DNA from: an uncultured Gammaproteobacteria bacterium
Lineage (GTDB): Bacteria; Patescibacteriota; Patescibacteriia; Magasanikbacterales; UBA922
DNA length: 58,896 bases
Direction of reading: 5' to 3'
Assembly (NCBI GenBank): GCA_964612105.1
Contig: CAZTEU010000004.1
Location: forward strand, 1-58,896
Shown: positions 45,793 to 55,614 of the stretch, piece after piece
Layout of the letters: the number at the start of each line of letters is the position of its first letter
Position numbering within the stretch: position 1 is the stretch's first letter
Made by a program: the position numbers and the translations under genes
Notes under the pieces: generated by a model
What the model saw: only the letters and a program-made list of their open reading frames with translations
Database searches by the model: none
Told to the model about the DNA's origin: nothing

Positions 45793-46050
45793 ATGTTTAG
45801 AAAGATACACGAGATTTTGTGCCTGCCACTTTTGTGGGGGATACGCCTGTACCAGAAAACACTTTCACCAGATCATGGACCCTTAAAAAAACTACATCCG
45901 TTTGGATACTGCAAATTTTATCCCTCTTGCAGTGAGTATGGTCATCGTATAATAAAAAAAAGAGGAATGATTATAGGCATTCCAAAAACTTTGTGGAGGA
46001 TAATAAGGTGTAACCCATTTAATAAGGGAGGTGTGGATCTGCCTTACTGA
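45793..46050 (+). CDS. yidD: Membrane protein insertion efficiency factor
   Basis: YQKTLSP, CKFYPSCSEY, RIIRCNPF..GG.D. Confidence 0.95.
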   Translation: MFRKIHEILCLPLLWGIRLYQKTLSPDHGPLKKLHPFGYCKFYPSCSEYGHRIIKKRGMIIGIPKTLWRIIRCNPFNKGGVDLPY

Positions 46051-46275
46051 CTAAGAAATAATTTCCACAATTTTATTCCTACCCTTTGCTCCTTTTACTA
46101 TTCTAATTAAAGACTTTGCAACCCCAAACTTCTTACTCAACAGAGCAAGAAGTTTTTTATTTGCTTCACCATCAACAGGTGCAGAAGTTAGTTTAGCTTT
46201 GTAATTTCCCTCTACATCCGGACCTGCAATTTCGTTTCTGCTTGAGCGAGGAATAACTTTTATTGAGATTTTCAT
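46051..46275 (-). CDS. DUF167 family protein
   Basis: VIPRSSR...APVDGEANK.L...L...FG.....I..G..GRNK. Confidence 0.9.
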   Translation of the reverse strand: MKISIKVIPRSSRNEIAGPDVEGNYKAKLTSAPVDGEANKKLLALLSKKFGVAKSLIRIVKGAKGRNKIVEIIS

Positions 46276-46388
46276 AGTGTAAATATTAAAACACATTTTT
46301 AATACAAATGAAAAGATACTCTTGGTCTTGTTTGACAGAAAAGAAAGCATTGTGTACACTAAAGATACACAGGGTATAGTTATACAAT

Positions 46389-46637
46389 ATGACCACGAAA
46401 ATTATAGGAATAAGAGAGTTCCGCCAAAACATGGCGACGCTATATAAGAAAGCACAGAAAAACAACCTGCGCTATATTGTGCTAAATCGCAACAAACCGA
46501 TGTTTAAGGTGGAACCATTAAGCGAGAAAGAGACTGTTTTAGAAAAACTTACCGCAGACATTGCAGAAGCAAGAGAAGATATAAAAAAAGGCCGGGTGTA
46601 TCATTTTGAAGAAGTGTGCAAAGAGCTTGGAATATGA
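46389..46637 (+). CDS. Phd/YefM-like antitoxin
   Basis: IGIREFRQN...IVL.R.KP; ATGA overlap with the toxin; TTGACA-17-TACACT promoter. Confidence 0.85.
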   Translation: MTTKIIGIREFRQNMATLYKKAQKNNLRYIVLNRNKPMFKVEPLSEKETVLEKLTADIAEAREDIKKGRVYHFEEVCKELGI

Positions 46638-46900
46638 AGTACAAGCTATACATGACTAAAAAAGCGAAGGGGGATTTTTTTATTTTAGAAAGAAAAATAC
46701 AGAAACAAATTGCAAACAAGCTTAGGTTTTTCATTTCTCAGCCAAACCCAATTAAATACGCAAAGAAATTGGTAAAGTACGAACACGGTACACATAGGTT
46801 TCGTATTGGAAATTACAGAGCGATTTTTGATGTAGACAAAAGAGGGAAAATAACAATCCTTATGATTTTAAGGATAAAACACAGGAAAAAAATATATTAA
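46634..46900 (+). CDS. RelE/ParE family toxin
   Basis: A..D...L....Q..I...L, RFRIGNYRAIF, I.HR..IY. Confidence 0.9.
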   Translation: MKYKLYMTKKAKGDFFILERKIQKQIANKLRFFISQPNPIKYAKKLVKYEHGTHRFRIGNYRAIFDVDKRGKITILMILRIKHRKKIY

Positions 46901-46930
46901 AAAACCGACGCACACGCCGGTTTTTTTGTA

Positions 46931-48334
46931 TTATTTATTGTCTTCTTGTTTTTCTTCCTCCACCTTCTCGCCTTCATGACTATGCACGTGTCCCGGCTCG
47001 TGCGAATGATCGCAACAGCCAAGGTCTTTTAGGTTCTTATCTTCCATAATTTGCTCACCTAGTATTTTTGCCTTTAGCCAATCCATAACCTTTCTGTTCT
47101 GCATAGACGTTGCAATAGTATCTCTCACCTCTGGACGAGCTAAGTTGTCTGAATACTCTTTATTATCTTTGTACATTTCTTTTAATGTTTCTAGCTCACG
47201 ATCCAGCTCTTCATCAGCAATAGTTATGTCATTGTCCATGGCAACCTGACGAGAAATTAAAGCAGCTTTTGCTCTTTTCTCTGCTTGTGCACGGAAGTCT
47301 TCGAAGAGTTGCTGTTCAGTTTTTTTAATATCTGCTAGATACTGATCAATAGGAATATTATTCTTATCTAAATCACGTTTTAGCTCATAAAACATCTTCT
47401 GTCTTTCGCTATTAAGAAGAACTTCTGGAATTGGGTCAAACTTTGTCTTTTCAATAAGCTGCTCTAACATTTCTGCCTCAGCAGACTGCATTGCTTTTTG
47501 GTCAGCCTCTTTTAACAAGTTGCTACGCAAAAGCTCACGAAGCTTTTCTACTGATTCCTGTCCTAGTTTTTTTGCAAACTCCTCATCCAGCTCTGGAAGT
47601 TGGCGTTCATAAACATCTTTAATGCTTACTTTGAAATCAACTTTTTTTCCAGCAAGGTGTTTTTGGTAGTGAGTATCAGGAAAAGACAAAGAAAACTCTT
47701 TCTGGTCACCTTTCTTTAGTCCAACAACCTGCTCAGAAAAACCAGGGATGTAGTGTTTTTCACTCAGGTATACCTGATGATCTTTTGCTTGTCCTCCCTC
47801 AAGAGGAACATTGTCTATAAGCATGTCCATGTCTAGAACAACCTTATCTGTGCCTTCTGCTGTCCCGTCTTTTATAATTTCTGTAGCCTGCATTCCACGA
47901 AGCATATCAAAAGTTTCTTCTACTTTTTCATCAGAGACATCAACTTCCTTTTTTTCCACTTTTATTTTATCTAAATTTGGAAGTTTAACAACAGGCATTA
48001 GAGCCACAGTTGCTTTATACACGACATCATTGTCTGGAGCTATTTTTTCTATATTAATTTGAGGCATTCCAAGAGTTTCTAGTTTTTCATCAATAACTGC
48101 TTTGTAGAATGTTTCTTTCACCACATCCTCTACAGCTTCTTGTAGGATGGCCATTTCTCCCAACTCTTTTTTAACTATATCTGCTGGAATTTTCCCCTTC
48201 CTAAAACCTTTTACATTAATTTTTGCAGAAAGCCTATCAGAAGCACTCTCCAGGTGTTTTTTATAATCCTCCGGAGTAACAGTAATAGTTAACTCAGCCT
48301 GAGAATTATCCAAAGTTTTACATGTGTAGTTCAT
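46931..48334 (-). CDS. tig: Trigger factor with His/Cys-rich tail
   Basis: GFRKGKIP ribosome-binding motif; FKBP domain YIPGF; tail GCCDHSHEPGHVHSH. Confidence 0.97.
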   Translation of the reverse strand: MNYTCKTLDNSQAELTITVTPEDYKKHLESASDRLSAKINVKGFRKGKIPADIVKKELGEMAILQEAVEDVVKETFYKAVIDEKLETLGMPQINIEKIAPDNDVVYKATVALMPVVKLPNLDKIKVEKKEVDVSDEKVEETFDMLRGMQATEIIKDGTAEGTDKVVLDMDMLIDNVPLEGGQAKDHQVYLSEKHYIPGFSEQVVGLKKGDQKEFSLSFPDTHYQKHLAGKKVDFKVSIKDVYERQLPELDEEFAKKLGQESVEKLRELLRSNLLKEADQKAMQSAEAEMLEQLIEKTKFDPIPEVLLNSERQKMFYELKRDLDKNNIPIDQYLADIKKTEQQLFEDFRAQAEKRAKAALISRQVAMDNDITIADEELDRELETLKEMYKDNKEYSDNLARPEVRDTIATSMQNRKVMDWLKAKILGEQIMEDKNLKDLGCCDHSHEPGHVHSHEGEKVEEEKQEDNK

Positions 48335-48483
48335 AAAGATATATTAATTCTGCGCAAGTATAGCTAAATATTACAAATAAGTCAAGTATGAGGATACGAA
48401 ATTTTGCTAAAAATAGTGAAATTTAATATGCCTAGGCCTCTGTTGTGGTATAATATTTATGCTAATAATTATTATAAAATAGT

Positions 48484-48765
48484 ATGGAAAGAAGAAGAGG
48501 GTATACCCCACCAAGAGAAGAAAGACCAAAATCGTCGCTTGGGGACTTGTTACGCGAGGTTGAATTAGATGAGGAACAAGAGAGCTCTCCAATAGTGGAC
48601 AGTGACGGCAATTTTATACTACCAGACAATACAGAAAATCTACCCACTCTTGTAATGGAAGATGCAGACCCTGTGGAGGTTGGGCAAGTAGACGTGGATG
48701 AGAATGCGGAAACTGTGTCTGCAGATGTGTTGGAAGAAGAAACAAAACAAGTTGATACAATATAA
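48484..48765 (+). CDS. Acidic hypothetical protein
   Basis: 93-aa Glu/Asp-rich ORF after a TGGTATAAT -10. Confidence 0.55.
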   Translation: MERRRGYTPPREERPKSSLGDLLREVELDEEQESSPIVDSDGNFILPDNTENLPTLVMEDADPVEVGQVDVDENAETVSADVLEEETKQVDTI

Positions 48766-48772
48766 CAAAAAT

Positions 48773-49279
48773 ATGGTATATCGTAGAAGTAGAAAAAATA
48801 CACCAGCAGACGGCGCAACTAGAACAGGTGTTAGTGAAGCCGCAAGAAAAAAGACAGCAATAGAAATAGAAGCAGCTCCTGTAACAACTGCAGAGTTTGA
48901 GGCATATCAGGAAGAGCTTGCTTTGCAAAGAGGGGAAAGGGAGAGTGACGCGCACAAGCAACTAAGGGCGCGGGCAGAACAGAGAGAGCAAGAAAGAAGA
49001 GAAAAAGAAAGAGGAGAGAGGAGAGAGCGTGATGAGACAAGTTTGGCACAAGACAAGCTAAAAGACCTAGAAGTAGATTCGGACACGCTGAGGGAAATAA
49101 ACACAAGCAGAGGCGATGTGACCATACCTCTTGCTACATTAGAAGCGCGAGTACAAGACGCTGAGGGTTTTATTGGTAATGCTACACTAGACTCTGGAGA
49201 CGAAAACCTTTCTAGGCTGGTAGGCGCTGTAGACAATGCTAAAATTCTATTAGAAAACATAAAACGCAACGTTGCTTAA
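48773..49279 (+). CDS. Charged coiled-coil hypothetical protein
   Basis: Start trimmed to MVYRRS; E/R-rich helix. Confidence 0.6.
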   Translation: MVYRRSRKNTPADGATRTGVSEAARKKTAIEIEAAPVTTAEFEAYQEELALQRGERESDAHKQLRARAEQREQERREKERGERRERDETSLAQDKLKDLEVDSDTLREINTSRGDVTIPLATLEARVQDAEGFIGNATLDSGDENLSRLVGAVDNAKILLENIKRNVA

Positions 49280-49288
49280 TAAAAACAT

Positions 49289-49744
49289 ATGACACCAGAA
49301 CAAATATCTCAGACTGGCATTAATCCAATGGAGAGTCCAATCAAAAAAATAGTCAAAGAAGAAAACAGAATCGTAGTTCCTGTTGAGGCGCAAGGAAAAG
49401 AGGTTCTTAAATCTGCAGAGTCAGAACTGCTTTATAAGATTGATAATTTTGAGGCAAAAATAGCAATGTCAGCCTCCGAGGTTATGGCGATTACAGATCC
49501 AGAAGAAGCAAAACAAAGAGGGATAGACGTAAATGAAAGTAGAGAAACAGCACTAAGTGCGGCGGTAGCGATAAAGAATAGCGCGGATTCTTGGAAAATG
49601 GAGCTCGGAGAGCTTCTTCTTCATGAGGGCATCAAGAACAAAAAATACGAAGAGCGCCTATTAGATTTGGATAGATATATAGACAAAATAGTAAAGAAGG
49701 CTGACCAGGTTTTGGTTACTGTTCCAGACGGAACAATAAACTAA
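49289..49744 (+). CDS. Hypothetical protein
   Basis: 151-aa ORF in an apparent operon with the two preceding ORFs. Confidence 0.6.
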   Translation: MTPEQISQTGINPMESPIKKIVKEENRIVVPVEAQGKEVLKSAESELLYKIDNFEAKIAMSASEVMAITDPEEAKQRGIDVNESRETALSAAVAIKNSADSWKMELGELLLHEGIKNKKYEERLLDLDRYIDKIVKKADQVLVTVPDGTIN

Positions 49745-49799
49745 AAACCCCTTTTTTGCTAGTTGACTTCGTACATAATATTAGGCATACTAACAACAT

Positions 49800-51179
49800 A
49801 TGCGTTACTTCGCGTATAAAATACTGTTAGCAATCCTCCGTCTGCTTGTATATGTCAAACGGGGGCTTTTTTGGCTTTGGGAAAGATCACAGCCGGGCGT
49901 TTTTTTAGTTGCAAAAATATACAACAACACAATTGGTTTTTGGTTATATAAGCTGTGGTACACGGCACATAGACGAATTGGAAAATGGCTACACCCTTGG
50001 AGGAATAGCTTTTTTGACATGCTTGGAAAAAGAAACACCCTGCAAATTACAGCTTTGGTTGCTTCTTTTATTATAATGTTTCCTCATACCAAGCTGTATT
50101 CTCAAGATACGATTGAAATTCCTGGAAGAAAAACTTTATTATACGAACTTATTGGTCCCGGTGAGCAGGATTTTGATATCGAAGAAATAGAAATAGATGT
50201 TACACAGCTAGCTCAACAAGATTCTAGGGTTTGGACAGAAGGGGCAGTTATTAATCAGAATGCAGGGGGAGTAAACCAGGACGAAGTTATTGTAGTACCT
50301 CAAGAAATATCTAGTATTAGTGCAGGAGGAACAGCACTTTCTAAGCCTACAATAATTTCTGGAGATGCTGTAGCTACAATCCCAGCAGAGTCTGGAGAGG
50401 TTTCTACAAAACGGTCAAAAATCGTTGAGTATGAGGTGCGGTCAGGCGACACAATTGGAGCAATCGCAGAAAGGTACGGAATTAGTGTAGAAACAATTCT
50501 ATGGTCCAACAACCTATCTGTACGTTCATATATTAGACCAGGCGACACACTAAAAATACTACCATCTACAGGTGTTCTTCATAAGGTAAAAAGAGGAGAA
50601 ACAGTTTCCAGGATTGCAAAACTATATGACGCGGAAGCCAGTGACATAATAGAAAAAAATCGTCTACAAAACGATGGTTCAGACATTGTAATAGGAGAGG
50701 AGCTTATCGTTCCAGGAGGAAGAAAGGCAACTCCTAGAGCAACATACACAACAAGACGATATACTTCCCTCTCTGGTCTTTCCGCCCCTCCTCCTTCTGC
50801 GACCGCACCAGCAGGTTCTGGATATATTTGGCCAACAAATGTGCGTAGGCTTACACAGTATTATGGATGGAGACATACCGGGTTAGATATTGCTGGACCT
50901 ACTGGCTCTCCCCTATATGCGTCTCGCTCTGGTAGGGTAGTTAAATCACAGTGTGGTTGGAATGGGGGATATGGGTGTTATATTATTATAGACCATGGTG
51001 GGGGAATACAAACTTTGTATGCTCACAACTCTCGCTTATATGTTAGTGTTGGTCAGCAAGTAAATCAGGGGCAGACAATTGCACTTATGGGGTCCACGGG
51101 AAGATCCACAGGTCCGCACATTCACTTCGAGGTGCGCGTAAATGGAAAAAGACAAAACCCACTGAGATACGTCAGGTAA
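49800..51179 (+). CDS. LysM-M23 peptidoglycan endopeptidase
   Basis: Two LysM repeats; HTGLD, YAH, GSTGRSTGPHIHFE. Confidence 0.96.
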   Translation: MRYFAYKILLAILRLLVYVKRGLFWLWERSQPGVFLVAKIYNNTIGFWLYKLWYTAHRRIGKWLHPWRNSFFDMLGKRNTLQITALVASFIIMFPHTKLYSQDTIEIPGRKTLLYELIGPGEQDFDIEEIEIDVTQLAQQDSRVWTEGAVINQNAGGVNQDEVIVVPQEISSISAGGTALSKPTIISGDAVATIPAESGEVSTKRSKIVEYEVRSGDTIGAIAERYGISVETILWSNNLSVRSYIRPGDTLKILPSTGVLHKVKRGETVSRIAKLYDAEASDIIEKNRLQNDGSDIVIGEELIVPGGRKATPRATYTTRRYTSLSGLSAPPPSATAPAGSGYIWPTNVRRLTQYYGWRHTGLDIAGPTGSPLYASRSGRVVKSQCGWNGGYGCYIIIDHGGGIQTLYAHNSRLYVSVGQQVNQGQTIALMGSTGRSTGPHIHFEVRVNGKRQNPLRYVR

Positions 51180-51197
51180 AAACATAAATAGACAAAC

Positions 51198-51263
51198 AAA
51201 AACAGCTTTTAACAAAGCTGTTTTTGAGTACGCCCGATCTTTCAAAGCTCAGGCGACCCCCTT
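51198..51263 (-). terminator. 3' module: CGCCTGA...TCGGGCG hairpin plus bidirectional terminator
   Basis: Minus strand AAGGGGGT-CGCCTGA...TCGGGCG-TACTC-AAAAACAGCTTTGTTAAAAGCTGTTTTT. Confidence 0.7.
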
Positions 51264-51298
51264 ACTTGCTGCGTAGTGTGTCTGGTGGACAGAAAAGG

Positions 51299-51964
51299 TC
51301 ACTCGTTCGTAATCACCCTGTCCAAAACCTCGACGTATGCACCAAAGTGCACATCAGAGCCCCTAAGAAGGAGCTGTGCATAGGGTTTTGAGTCACCAAC
51401 CGGCTCTGCGATGATCTTTTTTGCACAGTCCACACAAATCACCGTGTCGATACTGTCTCGTCTACGGAACAAGACAGCCCCTCTCATTGAGAGACCGCGA
51501 TGAGGATGTCTGCATGCGTTGATGCCGTTTGCGCAAACACCTCTTTGGCTGGTCAGCACATCGAACATTCTCTCAATCATGGTTACAGAGACTGCTTTGG
51601 TTTGGATTGGCCTCAGAACGAGCCCTTTCCAGTCGAAACTGGCTGGCATTGCGTCTTCTGTCTCTACGTGTATCAGGTCAATCCACTCGTTCCCCTCATC
51701 ATCAGAATCGACAGTGACACGAAACATGCCGCTTGCGCCCTCCGGAAGATCCTGAGGGAAGGGAAGGTCTGGGTGGATGAAGTGGAAGGTGCGCCCGTCC
51801 CCCTCAACAGAGATACAACTTCCAACTGCCTCGTCCTCTCCGAAGCGGTTGTGTTGATAAAGGACGCCAACAGGGTACGGAGTTTTGAACAGCCCTGCGA
51901 GGTTTGCTGGTGTCAGAAGTGTGAACGGGTGACTACCGTCACTAAAGAGCTTGTTGCATGCCAC
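51299..51964 (-). CDS. GC-rich hypothetical protein with C-terminal Cys cluster
   Basis: SD AAGGAGGG with GTG start; promoter TTGACT-17-TAAGCT (52015-52043); C...C.H...CxxC. Confidence 0.75.
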   Translation of the reverse strand: MACNKLFSDGSHPFTLLTPANLAGLFKTPYPVGVLYQHNRFGEDEAVGSCISVEGDGRTFHFIHPDLPFPQDLPEGASGMFRVTVDSDDEGNEWIDLIHVETEDAMPASFDWKGLVLRPIQTKAVSVTMIERMFDVLTSQRGVCANGINACRHPHRGLSMRGAVLFRRRDSIDTVICVDCAKKIIAEPVGDSKPYAQLLLRGSDVHFGAYVEVLDRVITNE

Positions 51965-52093
51965 GGAACCCTCCTTGTGGTCTTATTTGTTTTTGTGTCG
52001 CTAGAACCAGACAAAGCTTAACAAGGTTCTATCGTCCAGTCAACAACAATTAATTAAAAAACCCTCCTTGCGGAGGATTTTCTGTGTGGTGTG

Positions 52094-52528
52094 TTATTTT
52101 TTCTTTATATCACACCAGTTCCAACATTCATTATCTCGCATCCATTGCCACTGTCCGCCACCAAGCATGGTTATGGCGAAAGTACCACCCAAGAGAGCTA
52201 TAACTAATTCCGCCTGAGCGAAACCTCCCTTTAGGTGAACGGTCAAAACAGCAATGACCATGATAATGAAGAGGACTTTTGCTGCAAAGCGAACCCAGAT
52301 TCCAAGGATTACAGCTAGACCACCAAGAAACTCAGAAAGAGCTACAAGGTATGCCCAGAAAGCAGCCGCAGGGAAACTCATTGAAGAGAAAAACCCAATT
52401 GTAGCATCCATGTTGGTTAGTTTTCCCCATCCGTGATAGAGAAAAATCACACCAACAGCCAAGCGAAGTACAAAAAGTCCCCACTTCTCCATGCTAGCTG
52501 GGTCACAGCAACCAGAAAGTTTCTTCAT
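52094..52528 (-). CDS. DoxX family protein
   Basis: LRLAVGVIFLYHGWGKL, EFLGGL...LG, H...G, GGG. Confidence 0.92.
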   Translation of the reverse strand: MKKLSGCCDPASMEKWGLFVLRLAVGVIFLYHGWGKLTNMDATIGFFSSMSFPAAAFWAYLVALSEFLGGLAVILGIWVRFAAKVLFIIMVIAVLTVHLKGGFAQAELVIALLGGTFAITMLGGGQWQWMRDNECWNWCDIKKK

Positions 52529-52559
52529 AGACCTGAATTAAGAATAAATAAATTAAAAA

Positions 52560-53795
52560 CTAGTCACGAGGGTCGTGCATGTCTATTATATACCTAAAGC
52601 CAAGAGCGTGCAAAGTCCAATCAATAACTATTTTTATTTTTCTTATAATACCTGGAAGAAAAAACAGGTAAGCTGTGCGCCTAATCCACCAAGCTATTCT
52701 TCCGAAAAAGATTATACGACCAATAATAGCAACACCATACCAATCCCCGACAGGAATCAGTGTTCCTCGTGATTTAAACCTAAAACTTTTACACTTCTTC
52801 CCTTTTATCTTTTTTACAATATTTCTTGCAACATATTTTCCTTCTTTATGAGCAGCTTCGCCTAGTTGAGGGGCAACAAGTCCGGATTTCTGATCATGAA
52901 AAAGCACAATATCTCCAACAGCATACAAGCTCTCTGCTTTTTCATGCACAAGACAGTCTGTGACAGGCACACGACCTCTTTCTGTATACCCCTTTGGAAG
53001 AAAACTGTCTGCTATGTTAAGAAAACCACCACACCAAACAGTAATATCGCTGTGTAGTTTTATATCATTATTTAATATAACATCAGACTCTGTTATCTTT
53101 TTTGCACTGCTGTTATTTTGTATATGAACACCCTGCTTTTCTAGTCTTTCAGAAACCTTCCTTCTTACAACCAAAGGCATGTTTTTTAATATTGTCTCTC
53201 CAGACTCAATAATATTTATATGTAGACGTTTTTCTTTGTACAGTTTTTTAATATCTGAACGAAACATGTGACTTAGTTGTCCAGCAACTTCTATGCCTGT
53301 AAAACCTCCCCCGACAATAGTTATATGTATATCTTCTTTTGTTGGGCTCTCAAGACACTCCACAACAGCTTCCTGCAGTGCAATTGCGCTTTCCAAATCA
53401 CGCACATGATACGAGTGTTCTTTTGCACCTGGGATGTTGTAGTAATTTGTTTTGCTCCCTAGGGCTAGCACGCAATACTTGTATAAAAAAACACCACGAT
53501 TCGTCAACACCTTCCTGTTTTTTGGATCGATGTTTTTTACCGTAGCTTTTACAAATTTATGTTTTGTCTTATAAACCAAGCCTCTAAGAGGTATTGCACA
53601 GTGCTGAGGCTCTATCGCCCCGGAAGCTACCTCATGCAACATTGGTGTGAAAGTGAAATAGTTGTGTTGGTCTATTAATGTAATTGTTTTTTTTATTCTC
53701 TTTCGCCTAAACAGCTTCGCAAGAGTACGAAAAGTTTCATAACCACCAATCCCAGCCCCAAGGATTAGGACATCTGTATGAAAGTCTTTTTTCAT
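52560..53795 (-). CDS. Type II NADH dehydrogenase-like FAD oxidoreductase
   Basis: ILGAGIGG, FTPMLHEVASG, IVGGGFTGIEVAG, YAVGD. Confidence 0.9.
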   Translation of the reverse strand: MKKDFHTDVLILGAGIGGYETFRTLAKLFRRKRIKKTITLIDQHNYFTFTPMLHEVASGAIEPQHCAIPLRGLVYKTKHKFVKATVKNIDPKNRKVLTNRGVFLYKYCVLALGSKTNYYNIPGAKEHSYHVRDLESAIALQEAVVECLESPTKEDIHITIVGGGFTGIEVAGQLSHMFRSDIKKLYKEKRLHINIIESGETILKNMPLVVRRKVSERLEKQGVHIQNNSSAKKITESDVILNNDIKLHSDITVWCGGFLNIADSFLPKGYTERGRVPVTDCLVHEKAESLYAVGDIVLFHDQKSGLVAPQLGEAAHKEGKYVARNIVKKIKGKKCKSFRFKSRGTLIPVGDWYGVAIIGRIIFFGRIAWWIRRTAYLFFLPGIIRKIKIVIDWTLHALGFRYIIDMHDPRD

Positions 53796-53796
53796 A

Positions 53797-54222
53797 CTAT
53801 TTTTTTGCTTTGCTCGACGCCCCCAAACTTCTCAACATTCTTTTTATGCTAGCTAAATCTTTTTGCATAGCCTGTGCTTCTCTTTCTATCTTGCGGTTTA
53901 CAGCATAATCATATCTTGCCTCTATCCTATCTCGCTCCGTCTGCCTGTTTTGGCTCATTAAAATAATTGGAGCCTGGAACGCAGCAAGACAGGACAGTGC
54001 AAGATTGAGAAGAATAAAAGGATATGGATCCCAATGACTCACCCACGCATATACATTAAGAGACATCCAAACAAGAAGAAAAGCAAAAAACAATGTCAAG
54101 AATTTCCAACTTCCAAGAAAGTTTGTGAGGACATCAGAAGCACGCTGAGAGATGTTTAGCTTTCCTCTGTGGGAAATCACCGGGTGATCTTTTAGTTCTT
54201 TGAGAGAGTATTGTTTTTTCAT
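53797..54222 (-). CDS. DUF1003 membrane protein
   Basis: GSW.F, DPYPFILLNL.LS..AA.QAPIILMSQNRQ. Confidence 0.93.
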   Translation of the reverse strand: MKKQYSLKELKDHPVISHRGKLNISQRASDVLTNFLGSWKFLTLFFAFLLVWMSLNVYAWVSHWDPYPFILLNLALSCLAAFQAPIILMSQNRQTERDRIEARYDYAVNRKIEREAQAMQKDLASIKRMLRSLGASSKAKK

Positions 54223-54286
54223 ATGCTAAAATTATACCATGCTTTGGGTTGCCAGAGAAGCATATACGTATTACAATGCAGACACT

Positions 54287-55252
54287 ATGATCTTATTCCT
54301 TCACGGTAAGGACACGTTTCGTTCTCGCCAACAACTTAAAAGAATAAAAGAAAAGTTCAAAAGCGACAGAGATCCGCAGGGTATCAATGTTTCGACTATC
54401 GTTGCAAATAGTCACGAACCAAGTGAAATATTGACAGAGATTCTTTCTGCTCCGTTTCTTTCCGAGAAGCGTATGGTTGTAATAGAAAAGCTTCTTACAA
54501 GTAAACACAAGGAGTTAATGAAGACGGTTTTGGACAGAATAAACGAAGACTCAATTCCTCAAGACACAATATTGGTTTTTTGGGAGGGAGGAGAGTTACC
54601 TAAAACAAAAAATGGAAAAGCGCTTTTAGAAAGACTAAAAAAAGAAAAATTCGCACAGCTCTTTGAAGAACTTAAGGGTATTAAACTGGGTGCCTGGATT
54701 ACTCAAGAAATAAAAGAGAGAGGGGGAGAAATATCTCCAGAAGCTGTACAGTACCTAGCAACACACATTGCAGACACTTGGCAGATGAGTTCAATAATAG
54801 ATCAACTAATTGCGTATAGTGGAGAAGAGCAGGTAACGAAGAAAGAGGCGCAAGTGTTTGCTCCAGAAAAAGTAGATGATAATATTTTCAATCTTGTAGA
54901 TGCAATAGTTGCAGGGCAGACAAAAAAAGTTTTTGCTATGCTACAAGAACAGTATAGGTTAGGAAAAGATGCTGGATATATCCTAGCAATGTTAATAAGG
55001 CAGTTTCGTATATTATTAGAACTAAGAGACTTATTTGATCGTGACGAGCTGGGGAATAGTGGAGCAGTGGCTAAAGAATTAGGACTACACCCGTTTGTTG
55101 TAAAAAAAACATTGCCAATGGTAAAAAGACTCTCATATGAAGAACTAAGGAAGGCGTATGAACAACTCTTAGAAATAGACACCAAAACAAAAACTGGCCA
55201 AGCTGACCAGTCATTGTTAATTGATGTTTTTGTTGGACGACAGTCTTTGTAG
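54287..55252 (+). CDS. holA: DNA polymerase III delta subunit
   Basis: LFLHG.D.F, PFLSEKRMVVI, NIFNLVDAI, LHPFVVKK, D..TKTG; adjacent to rpsT. Confidence 0.93.
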   Translation: MILFLHGKDTFRSRQQLKRIKEKFKSDRDPQGINVSTIVANSHEPSEILTEILSAPFLSEKRMVVIEKLLTSKHKELMKTVLDRINEDSIPQDTILVFWEGGELPKTKNGKALLERLKKEKFAQLFEELKGIKLGAWITQEIKERGGEISPEAVQYLATHIADTWQMSSIIDQLIAYSGEEQVTKKEAQVFAPEKVDDNIFNLVDAIVAGQTKKVFAMLQEQYRLGKDAGYILAMLIRQFRILLELRDLFDRDELGNSGAVAKELGLHPFVVKKTLPMVKRLSYEELRKAYEQLLEIDTKTKTGQADQSLLIDVFVGRQSL

Positions 55253-55256
55253 TAAT

Positions 55257-55517
55257 TTACTTACCCGCTTTCCTTGCTTGAGCTACTAGGCGTGACAATT
55301 TGCGAGAAGCGGTATTTTTTTTGATAATACCTTTCTTTGCTGCTTTATCAAGCTTCTTTTGAGCAAGACGCAACTCTTCTTTTACGTCTTTTCCAGCAAT
55401 AATACCCTTACGAGCTGTTTTTACTGCTGTCTTGTAAGCATTTTTAACTACTTTATTCCTCAAAGCCTTCTTTTCTGCTTGACGAAGCGCTTTTTTAGCT
55501 GATTTTAGATTTGGCAT
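55257..55517 (-). CDS. rpsT: 30S ribosomal protein S20
   Basis: MPNLKSAKKALRQ...LDKAAKKGII.KN.ASR..SRL. Confidence 0.97.
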   Translation of the reverse strand: MPNLKSAKKALRQAEKKALRNKVVKNAYKTAVKTARKGIIAGKDVKEELRLAQKKLDKAAKKGIIKKNTASRKLSRLVAQARKAGK

Positions 55518-55614
55518 AATGATTATATGTTTACCTTGAGAGCGCAAGGTGGTAAGAGTATATACAAAAGAGTGGAAATTGTCAATATGTACCAATAATT
55601 TACTAATTTTAGCA

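Noticed and set aside
46389-46900. Toxin-antitoxin pair as a marker of a mobile element
   Set aside because: No flanking repeats or mobility genes; it looks like an ordinary chromosomal RelBE-type module.
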